DNA of 64,000 nucleotides, taken from assembly GCA_964517125.1 (NCBI GenBank), contig CAZFBD010000001.1, forward strand, positions 236,338-300,337, read 5' to 3'. This document shows positions 18,883 to 26,384 of the stretch, one piece after another (the stretch's first letter is position 1; the number at the start of each line of letters is the position of its first letter). The translations under genes were made by a program, and so were the position numbers. This DNA is from an uncultured Acidimicrobiales bacterium. Lineage in GTDB: Bacteria; Actinomycetota; Acidimicrobiia; Acidimicrobiales; SHLQ01. The notes below the pieces were generated by a model. That model did no database searches. It was not told the DNA's origin and saw nothing but the letters and a program-made list of their open reading frames with translations.

Positions 18883-19722
18883 TCAGCCGTGGACCAGTGG
18901 CCACCGTCGGCTCTGCATGGGTCCACCGATGTCGAACGCTTCGTCCGGGTCCGGCAACAGGGCCGGATCCTGGAAGACGCGGGCCCGGTACATGAGGTGC
19001 GCGTCGTCCCCGACGTAACGGGTGGAGTACGCGACGCGGCGCAGATCTGGTGAGTTGTTCCCACCCGACGAGTGCACGACTCGCGTGTGGAACATGACGG
19101 CATCTCCGGGCTCGTAGCTGAATTCCAACACCCCATGCGCGTCCGGGTCGTTGTGGAACGCAGGGGCTCCACCGTCGAGGAACTCGTGATCGGCATCCAC
19201 CGGGTCGGCCCGCTGGTCGATGCCGCCGCCGTCCAGCGATGAGCCGTCGAAGCCCTTCGGCCGGTACAGCCGCTCGTTGTGGTGTGTTCCAGGGACGAAC
19301 TTGAGTGCGGAGGTTGCAGGTGTGCAGTGCACGAGACTCAGCCAAAACGACACGATCTGGTCACCGGCGACTGGCCAGTACGGCAGGTCCTGATGCCAAT
19401 AGTGGTCGTCGACGGGGCTGTTCGGTTCGAAGACGAATGCGTGGTCAAAGTAGAAACGGGCGGTCGTGGAGCCCATGGCTCGGGCCGCGTTCTCCCCCAT
19501 GGTCGGGTGCAGGAGATACGAGCGCAGAGCCGGACGATCGATGCCGAAACAGCGGTCGGAGAGGTGCGTACCGGTGAGAAGCCACTCACTCGGGTCGGAG
19601 ATCTGTGCATCGATCGCGGCCAGCATGCCGTCGATTGCTTCACCGTCCACAAGCCCCGGCAGCTTCACGACGCCCTGCGACCGGTAGGTCTCGATCTCCT
19701 CGTCCGTCACCTGCCGAATCAT
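18883..19722 (-). CDS. phytanoyl-CoA dioxygenase (PhyH) family oxygenase
   Basis: I set the start at the ATG at 19722 (MIRQVTDEEIETYRSQGVVKLPG). The HxD motif is WHQDLPYW and the distal His is in VVHSSGGN. The 38 upstream codons of the track ORF run into the repeat-containing intergenic region. Confidence 0.8.
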   Translation of the reverse strand: MIRQVTDEEIETYRSQGVVKLPGLVDGEAIDGMLAAIDAQISDPSEWLLTGTHLSDRCFGIDRPALRSYLLHPTMGENAARAMGSTTARFYFDHAFVFEPNSPVDDHYWHQDLPYWPVAGDQIVSFWLSLVHCTPATSALKFVPGTHHNERLYRPKGFDGSSLDGGGIDQRADPVDADHEFLDGGAPAFHNDPDAHGVLEFSYEPGDAVMFHTRVVHSSGGNNSPDLRRVAYSTRYVGDDAHLMYRARVFQDPALLPDPDEAFDIGGPMQSRRWPLVHG

Positions 19723-19758
19723 GCCAACACCGTAGCAACACGCTCCCTCCACCTCGCC

Positions 19759-19773
19759 AGGGGTCTGACCCCT
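19759..19773. repeat. 15 bp palindrome AGGGGTCTGACCCCT, copy 1
   Basis: Perfect 7+1+7 palindrome in the divergent intergenic region between the PhyH and PRMT-like genes. Confidence 0.9.
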
Positions 19774-19781
19774 AAACGCCA

Positions 19782-19802
19782 ATAGGGGTCTGACCCCTGT
19801 TT
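19782..19802. repeat. 21 bp element ATAGGGGTCTGACCCCTGTTT, copy 2
   Basis: It has the same palindrome core as copy 1, with core starts 25 bp apart. It is identical to the copy at 20849-20869 except for the central base. Confidence 0.9.
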
Positions 19803-19826
19803 CGGGCGGGGCAATAACCTGCGGGC

Positions 19827-20849
19827 ATGCGAACACGCCTGACCGACACAGCGACCCGCAGCTTGCGATCGGCGCTGGGTCTTGGTGCGTCTCGAATCGC
19901 GTCGAGTCAGTGGCTCATGAGCGTGGTGTACGACCTCATGAACGAGACAAACTTCGCCGGACTCTCGGAGCACGAAGAGATGCTCAGCGACACGGTTCGC
20001 GTCGATGCGTATCACCGGGGGATTCACGGGAACGTTCAGCCGGGCGACGTCGTCGTGGACCTTGGCACCGGGACTGGACTCCTGGCGATGATGGCAAGCC
20101 GAGCTGGAGCGGCGCGTGTCTACGCCGTTGAACATTCAGACTTCATCGACGTCGCCCGGGACATCGCCCAACACAACGGATTCGACAACATCGAATTTGT
20201 GCAAGCCAACAGCCGAGAGTTCACTGCGCCCGAACTCGTCGACGTCGTCCTGCACGAGCAGATGGGAGACGAGCTGTTCAACGAGAACATGCTTGAGAAT
20301 CTCCTGGACCTGAAACGCCGTGTTCTCAAGCCGCAGGGCAGGATCCTTCCGGGCAGGTTCAAGCTCTTTGTCGAACCCGTGAGCTTCCATGAATCCATGC
20401 GAGTCCGCCGCTTTTGGAACATCGATCTTCCCGATGGCATCGACCTCACTCCCATGGAGCATTCGTTGGTTGCAGCACGATATGACACCGGACGGACCGA
20501 TCAGATCTGGGCTCGCCCGGGCTCCGTCGCAGACACACTTGCCGAGCCGCAGCCGATTCTCGACCTCGACCTGCAGGAACTCGCCGACACTGCGGACATC
20601 GCAATTGATCATCTGGTCGAACGGACGGCCGCTGCGGACATGATCGTCGACGGGTTCTGCGTTTGGTTCGAAGCGGAGTTTGATTCGGTCAATCGTCTCA
20701 CCACCTCGCCGCTCGCTCCGGTCACGAGCTGGGGCAATCGTTTGTTCCGCCTGGACGACCACATCGTCGCCGGCGAAACCCTCCGCTGCCACGTCCACCT
20801 CGGGCAGCTCGTCGAGCCCTCGACCTGGTCGGCCGAACGCATCCGCTGA
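19827..20849 (+). CDS. protein arginine N-methyltransferase (PRMT, type I-like) homolog
   Basis: 340 aa (an alternative start is M31 at 19917). It aligns by eye along the whole PRMT1 core:
- HEEMLSDTVRVDAYHRGI matches HEEMLKDEVRT.
- VVVDLGTGTGLLAMMASRAGAARVYAVEHS is SAM motif I.
- VDVVLHEQMGDELFNENML is the double-E loop with both Glu kept.
- A beta-barrel half ends in TSPLAPVTSWGNRLF, the THW-loop equivalent. Confidence 0.75.
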   Translation: MRTRLTDTATRSLRSALGLGASRIASSQWLMSVVYDLMNETNFAGLSEHEEMLSDTVRVDAYHRGIHGNVQPGDVVVDLGTGTGLLAMMASRAGAARVYAVEHSDFIDVARDIAQHNGFDNIEFVQANSREFTAPELVDVVLHEQMGDELFNENMLENLLDLKRRVLKPQGRILPGRFKLFVEPVSFHESMRVRRFWNIDLPDGIDLTPMEHSLVAARYDTGRTDQIWARPGSVADTLAEPQPILDLDLQELADTADIAIDHLVERTAAADMIVDGFCVWFEAEFDSVNRLTTSPLAPVTSWGNRLFRLDDHIVAGETLRCHVHLGQLVEPSTWSAERIR

Positions 20850-20869
20850 TAGGGGTCAGACCCCTGTTT
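20849..20869. repeat. 21 bp element ATAGGGGTCAGACCCCTGTTT, copy 3 (hairpin plus T-tract, likely terminator between convergent genes)
   Basis: It starts at the last base of the PRMT-like stop codon and lies between that gene and the stop of the DUF3726 gene (20873). It forms a GGGGTC/GACCCC stem followed by TGTTTT on the plus strand. Confidence 0.8.
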
Positions 20870-20872
20870 TCG

Positions 20873-21490
20873 TCAGTCGTTGTCGGAGGTGCCGGCTCCG
20901 GCGCCGTCTCGGCTGGCCTCAGTGGCCGGGGCATAGGTTCGGTGAGCGAACGCCTCGAGCCCGGCGCGGGTCTCCTCCGATAGATCCACGCGGCTTCTTC
21001 GTTCCACGGCGTTGGATTCACCGGGGCCCGTAACGCCGATGGTCAGGGGGTGCGTGCCCGCGGGGAGGTCGCCCTGCACCGTGAGCGACGTGGGGGTGAT
21101 CACGCTCCTGCCGCCGGACCATTCGAGCGTCGTGACTTGAGTGACATCCGATCCGCTCACCACCTGGAGGAACGGGATCAGCAGCAGGGGTTCCGCAGTG
21201 GGGCCGATGGTGTCGATCGGAACACTGCCGAGATCCGTGGCTGCGCTGCCGACGCAAATGGGGCACAGGCTGTTCACTCTGGCTCTCCAGGCTTCATCGG
21301 GCATGAGCGACGAAACGGCTCGTCCGTCGACGTGCTGGAGCAGCCGAAGCAGCACATCACCCGCCGGCAGCCCTGCCTCCGCAAGTCTGCTGGCAGCGAA
21401 GGCGCCATCCTCTGTGAGCCCCCAGGAGTATCCGACGCCCCGTAGCGCCTTGGCCGTCAGCGCTCGGAACTCGCCGAGCGACAGGTTCAT
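20873..21490 (-). CDS. DUF3726 family protein
   Basis: 205 aa starting at the ATG at 21490 (MNLSLGEFRALTAKALRGVGYSWGLTEDGAFAASRLAEAGLP). The N-terminal pattern matches my recollection of DUF3726. There is an ATGA overlap with the upstream gene. Confidence 0.5.
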   Translation of the reverse strand: MNLSLGEFRALTAKALRGVGYSWGLTEDGAFAASRLAEAGLPAGDVLLRLLQHVDGRAVSSLMPDEAWRARVNSLCPICVGSAATDLGSVPIDTIGPTAEPLLLIPFLQVVSGSDVTQVTTLEWSGGRSVITPTSLTVQGDLPAGTHPLTIGVTGPGESNAVERRSRVDLSEETRAGLEAFAHRTYAPATEASRDGAGAGTSDND

Positions 21491-23166
21491 GAGGCGAGAT
21501 CCACGGACGGATAGGTCCACGTGTCCGGGTCCGAGGACGAGAGATCGTCGGGAAATGGGGCGCCACGGAACATGTTGATGCGGACCCACCGGTCGGATCG
21601 CGGGTCGAAATGGGTGGCACCAAAGAAGCTGAGCTTGGCACGGAGCAGGTCGATGGGCAGCATGTCGGCATCGATCGTGTTGTCGCGAATCTCGGCATAC
21701 GGGGCTGTGGACGCCACGACGAGACGCCGAGCCATGTGGCGATGTTCGGGGCGCATCCGTAGGAACGCCGCCAACGTCTCCGACTCGGCCCACGATTCGA
21801 GTGCGGCGAACATTCGCGCAGCGTCACGTCCGGGCTGTAGGGGCTGCTCGAAGTCACCAACCGGCTCCTCGTGCCGCTCCCCCAACCTGGGCTCCAGCTT
21901 CTCCTCCGACACGTACCACGCTCGTGCGTCGGACATTGCCGAGTCCCAGTCGATGTCCAGGGCCCAGCCGTACTGGTCCTGAAGCTGGGCTCGGACCGCA
22001 GCAACCGTCGTTGCGCCATCGATCCAAACGGGAGTCGACTCGTCGGCATGCATCGTGTCGGCGAGGTCGTCGACGAGCTCGCCGTACGGTTCCATCAACA
22101 GTGAAACGATCAGTTCCTGGCCTTCGATGGACAGTTCAGCCGACGACCAGTCGACCAGTCGCTGCCACGGAAAGGCTCCGGAGAGCGCGTCGCCCTGCAG
22201 ATGCCGAGTGAGCAACTCCAGATCGTTCCGAAGCCCGGAGATCTTTGTCTGCTGGAGCTCATGTTCGGAATGCCACGAGTCGACCGAGAGACGCGCCCGA
22301 CGAACAAACAGTTCGAAGGTGCGAACGTCGGCCGGTGCTGGAGTCTCAACCGCGCACACTCTGGCCAGACCTGCCTCGCGTGCCGCGATCCAGTTGTTGA
22401 TGAGCCGTGGGTGCGTCAGCAGGAACGGAGCCATCCCGAGACCGGTGGAGTTTCCAATTCCGAATCGCCGCCGAAGCGCAGGATCGAGCCTCACGGCGTT
22501 CGGCGAGGCTGCGGCCGCCATGTGCTCCACGAGGTCCATGACGAAGGTGCGAATCAGGTAGACCGTGAGCATCTCTGCCTGAAAGGGTGCCAACAGCTCG
22601 GGGCGGTCGGCGATCGATTGACGGTCTGCGGCGCCGAACTTGCCGGAGCCGTACACGGCGGTGGTTCGCATCAGGTACCCGACCTGTTCGATGGCCTCGG
22701 GATCGGGCTGGTCACCGGCCGCAAGCGTCTCGACCACGGAGGACCAAAGACGGACGGATCGATTCGCTCGAGACAGGGTGAGCTCGCGCTCGGAGACGCG
22801 CCCGGCCTCCTGGAGCGGGACGTTGGCGCGGAGCCGTTCGATGTCGTCGGGAGTGGGGACGCCGTCGTGCAAGGCAAAGGTCGTGTCCCAGGCAGTGGCG
22901 ATCACCCGGTCGGACCGCAGTTCGTCGGGAAGGTCGTGAGCGAACGCGACGAGGGTGTAGGTCCGGCTGGGCGTGGTGGCCGAGTACAAGGCGTGGCCGA
23001 CGCCCCGCTCGTCGATTTCGAACTTGGGCCGGTCGAAGGTCCACGACTCAGCCTTCATACGACGGAGCAGGGTGCGCATGAAGGACAGGCGGCACTGGTG
23101 AAACGAGCCCATACGTTCCAAGCGCATGACCGTGCCCGGTGATCGGAGCTCCACTGATGGTGTCAT
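21487..23166 (-). CDS. conserved-looking hypothetical protein, 559 aa, no recognisable domain
   Basis: It has coding-like composition across 1.68 kb. The ATG at 23166 lies 1 nt after the TGA of the upstream M19-like gene. I rejected the longer 662 aa track ORF because it overlaps that gene. I could not assign any motif. Confidence 0.6.
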   Translation of the reverse strand: MTPSVELRSPGTVMRLERMGSFHQCRLSFMRTLLRRMKAESWTFDRPKFEIDERGVGHALYSATTPSRTYTLVAFAHDLPDELRSDRVIATAWDTTFALHDGVPTPDDIERLRANVPLQEAGRVSERELTLSRANRSVRLWSSVVETLAAGDQPDPEAIEQVGYLMRTTAVYGSGKFGAADRQSIADRPELLAPFQAEMLTVYLIRTFVMDLVEHMAAAASPNAVRLDPALRRRFGIGNSTGLGMAPFLLTHPRLINNWIAAREAGLARVCAVETPAPADVRTFELFVRRARLSVDSWHSEHELQQTKISGLRNDLELLTRHLQGDALSGAFPWQRLVDWSSAELSIEGQELIVSLLMEPYGELVDDLADTMHADESTPVWIDGATTVAAVRAQLQDQYGWALDIDWDSAMSDARAWYVSEEKLEPRLGERHEEPVGDFEQPLQPGRDAARMFAALESWAESETLAAFLRMRPEHRHMARRLVVASTAPYAEIRDNTIDADMLPIDLLRAKLSFFGATHFDPRSDRWVRINMFRGAPFPDDLSSSDPDTWTYPSVDLAS

Positions 23167-23167
23167 G

Positions 23168-24208
23168 TCATGCAACCCGTTCCGGTCCGAAGTTCTCGTC
23201 GAAGAACCGGTACCAATTGTCACCCATGACCGCAGCGACCGACGGATCGTCGAAGCCAACCGCCCGAAGTCCGGATTCGAGGTTGCCGAAGTCTTCGTTC
23301 GATTCGAACCAGCCGGGCTGCGGTGGGAAGCCCGGGGCTGACGCCGAGCCTTCGCCAAAGTCGATACCTTTCGTCCAGCGCCCAACCCGCATCCATTCAA
23401 CGATGGAGTCGGGTTGGTCCTGGCACAGGTCGCTTCCGATACCGAAGTGCTCCACACCATAGGTCTCGGCAGCATCGGCCACCATCTGGCAGAAACTCTC
23501 GAGTGTGCAGTCGGTCTTGTCCTTCAGGTGGTGCGGGTACAGCGAGAAGCCCATCATGCCGCCGTTGGCGGTGACGGCGTTGATGACCTCGTGCCGTTTG
23601 TTGCGCAGCGCCGGGTGCCATGCATGCGGGTTGGCGTGCGTGATGGCGATCGGACGCTCGGAGAGTTCGGCAGCCTCGATTGTGGAGCGGTCGGCCGAGT
23701 GGCTCATGTCGACGACGAGCCCGACACGATTCATCTCCTTGATGACCTCTTTGCCCATGCGGGTGATCCCCGGATCCTCGGCTTCGTAGCAACCCGTGGC
23801 GAGGAGCGACTGATTGTTGTAGCTGAGCTGCATGAAGCGAGCGCCGAGGGTGTGCAGGATCTCCACGAGGTCGATGTCGGCTTCGATGGGCGACGGGTTC
23901 TGGAAGCCGAAGAAGATTGCCGTTCGGTCGGTCTCGCGGGCCCGGTCGATGTCGGCGGCGGTTCGACCGAGGAGGATCAGATCCGAGTGCTGATCAAACC
24001 ACCGGTTCCACTTGGAGAATTCGGCGACGGTCTCACGGAACGTCTCGTGATACGCGATGGTCACGTGCACAGCATCGACGGCGCCGTCCCGCATTTGGCG
24101 AAAGATCGCCTCGGACCAGTTGGCGAACTGCAGGCAGTCGATGCGGTACATGATGCAATGGTACGGCCGTGCCTTGCCCGTGTCCCATATCGGTTCGCCG
24201 TCCACCAA
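23168..24208 (-). CDS. M19 (renal/membrane dipeptidase) family protein, variant lacking the N-terminal HxD
   Basis: It has VVDMSHS, AITHANP, GIGSDL and FFGFQNPSPIE motifs of the M19 amidohydrolase fold. The N-terminus reads IDCLQF instead of DGHND. The start is uncertain: TTG at 24208 or ATG at 24151. Confidence 0.75.
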   Translation of the reverse strand: MVDGEPIWDTGKARPYHCIMYRIDCLQFANWSEAIFRQMRDGAVDAVHVTIAYHETFRETVAEFSKWNRWFDQHSDLILLGRTAADIDRARETDRTAIFFGFQNPSPIEADIDLVEILHTLGARFMQLSYNNQSLLATGCYEAEDPGITRMGKEVIKEMNRVGLVVDMSHSADRSTIEAAELSERPIAITHANPHAWHPALRNKRHEVINAVTANGGMMGFSLYPHHLKDKTDCTLESFCQMVADAAETYGVEHFGIGSDLCQDQPDSIVEWMRVGRWTKGIDFGEGSASAPGFPPQPGWFESNEDFGNLESGLRAVGFDDPSVAAVMGDNWYRFFDENFGPERVA

Positions 24209-24245
24209 GACCGAATCCTGATGGCGGTCTCAGTCGAGGCTGGTC

Positions 24246-25286
24246 CTATCGGAGCGTCACCCCGACCCGGCCAGCCTCGGTGGCGCCAATTCGGGCGGCC
24301 GTGTGACCAGACGAAGCAAGTTCTGCGAGCACGTTGGATGTTGCGTCGGGACTGACCCCGAAGATCAGTCCGCCAGAGGTCTGAGCATCGGCGAAGAGGA
24401 GTTGATGCAGCTCGTCGTGCGAGCCTGCATCGAGATGCTCCGCGCCCCAGGCAAGGTTCCGCCGTGATCCGCCCGGCATGACGCCACCAGCTGCATGCTC
24501 TTTGGCGCCGTCGAGGAACGGGATCCGATCGAACTCGACGATGGCGTTCACCGAGGACTCAAGCGCCATGCGCCCCAGGTGTCCGAGAAGCCCGAATCCC
24601 GTCACATCGGTGCAACCAGTGGCTCCGGCTGCGACGGCAACACGCGAAGCGACGTCGTTCAACCTGGTCATGGAGTCGATTGCCTCGGCCGCCTGCTCAG
24701 GACTGGCCACGTCGGCCTTGATTGCCGTGGTGATGACGCCCACTCCGAGCGGCTTGGTCAAGATGAGGTCCTGTCCGGGCGTGAGCCCAGCGTTGGTCAG
24801 AATGCGGTCCGGATGGACCTCACCGGTCACGGCCATGCCGTACTTCGGTTCCGGGTCATCGATCGTGTGGCCGCCAACAATGGCGAAACCGCCTTCGGTG
24901 GCGATGTCCTGACCACCGGCAAGCAGTTCTCCCAAGAGCGACGTCGGGAGCGCGTCGGTGTTCCAACCCACGAGGTTCAGGGCGAACAGCGGACGGCCGC
25001 CCATGGCGTAGACGTCGGAAACGCTGTTGGCTGCGGCCACGCGGCCCCAGGTTCTGGCGTCGTCGACGACTGGCGTGATGAAGTCGGCGGTCGAGACGAT
25101 GGCCCGTTCCGCGTCGAGCTTCCACACGGCGGCATCGTCGCCGGTGGCTGTTCCCACGAGCAGTTCGGCAGGGTTGGCTGCATGCAAATCGCGCACGACG
25201 TGCGCGAGCTCGCCTGGAGCGAGCTTGCAGCCTCAACCGGCGCCGTGGCTGAACTGGGTGAGACGATGCGTTGTTGGTTCGGTCAT
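24246..25286 (-). CDS. selD: selenide, water dikinase (selenophosphate synthetase), selenocysteine-containing form with TGA-Sec at 25233-25235
   Basis: The track ORF (24246-25196) lacks the SelD N-terminus. Reading 30 codons further upstream in the same frame from the ATG at 25286 gives MTEPTTHRLTQFSHGAG-TGA-GCKLAPGELAHVVRDLHAANP. This is the canonical SelD glycine-rich loop (E. coli HGAGCGCK) with TGA at the Cys17 position. The rest of the protein has typical AIR-synthase-fold SelD sequence. Confidence 0.9.
25207..25225 (-). other. candidate bacterial SECIS hairpin of selD
   Basis: On the mRNA: UGA-N7-AGCUCGC-UCCAG-GCGAGCU, a perfect 7 bp stem. A second hairpin, GCGCAC-GUC-GUGCGC, follows. 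Confidence 0.5.
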
Positions 25287-25356
25287 CAGGTCCTCAATCG
25301 CAGAAGCGCAGACTACCTCTCACCAAACACCCAACCCGACCGTGCTCTTCACAACC

Positions 25357-26310
25357 TCACACACGGCGAACGACGGCCTGTCCAAACAGTCCCGTGGGGC
25401 GGATCATCAGGACGGCGAGCATGAGGACATAGGGCAGAACTGCCGTGTACCCGGTCCCGAGGAATGACGCGTATTCGCCCCACAACCCTCCGACCATGAC
25501 CTGCATCATCCCGACGATGAGGCCAGCCAGGTAGACGCCGCCGTACGAGTCCCAGCCGCCGATCACAAGAACGGGGATCGCCCGATAGAACAAGGCCGGC
25601 ATTGCAGCTGTCGCAAAGATGCCGGCTCCGAGCGGTGGCACGGAAAATGCGATCGCTGCGAGCGTCGCAAAGACTGCCGACATGCCCCAACCGACGGCAA
25701 GAACCCGTGACCGGTGGATGCCGACAGACAGGGCCACCTCATCGTCTTCGGCCACGGCCCGCGTCGCGATACCGAACCAGGATCGGTGGAAGCGGTTGAT
25801 TGCAACGAGCACGATCGGAGCCGTTGCGCACACGACGAGTGTCGAGACGAAGACATCGGCCTCGCCGAGCTTGAAGCTCGCAGTACCCCACGGCATCGAC
25901 ACGCGACGCGAGATCGGCGCCTGCGATGCCACGATCTGCAGGGGGATGGACACGGCAAGTGTGGCCATGGTGAGAACAATCGGCGACTGATTGCCGAGCG
26001 GCTTGATGGCCAGCCGATGCACCAACGCCCCAAAGCACGCCACCAGGAGCACCGACAGGAGGAAGATCAGCACCCATCCCGCAGGGTGGCTGGCCAGGGC
26101 CGGTACCGGACTCTTGCCCCGCAGAGCCGTGATCCCGAACGTCCCGTCCGACCACAGGCTCGCCAAGATCAGCGCACCGGCGGCCCCGAGCCCGGGAAGC
26201 GAGAAATTGAGCGCCTTCGAGGTCTTGTAGGTCGCAACGAAACCGAACGCGACGAGTGCGTACGCCGACCCCATTGCCCACCCCTGAATGAGCAGGATCT
26301 CCATCCTCAT
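25357..26310 (-). CDS. branched-chain amino acid ABC transporter permease (LivH-type), with no partner genes
   Basis: 317 aa, multi-transmembrane, with a LivH-like N-terminus (GSAYALVAFGF) and an internal AVAEDDEVALSVGI motif. No LivM, ATPase or binding-protein gene is adjacent. Confidence 0.7.
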   Translation of the reverse strand: MRMEILLIQGWAMGSAYALVAFGFVATYKTSKALNFSLPGLGAAGALILASLWSDGTFGITALRGKSPVPALASHPAGWVLIFLLSVLLVACFGALVHRLAIKPLGNQSPIVLTMATLAVSIPLQIVASQAPISRRVSMPWGTASFKLGEADVFVSTLVVCATAPIVLVAINRFHRSWFGIATRAVAEDDEVALSVGIHRSRVLAVGWGMSAVFATLAAIAFSVPPLGAGIFATAAMPALFYRAIPVLVIGGWDSYGGVYLAGLIVGMMQVMVGGLWGEYASFLGTGYTAVLPYVLMLAVLMIRPTGLFGQAVVRRV

Positions 26311-26384
26311 GGCGGCACCCTAACCGAGGTCAAGGTCGCGGAATGCCACTGTCCGACGCCCGATCGGCCGAAGTCCGCCGGCCG

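Noticed and set aside
21487-23475. A 662 aa version of the hypothetical gene, and the 545 aa version of the PatB-like gene (1357-2994).
   Set aside because: The N-terminal extensions overlap the upstream genes (M19-like and racemase-like) and are Arg/Ser/Pro-rich. Shorter starts give tight, non-overlapping or 1-4 nt junctions.
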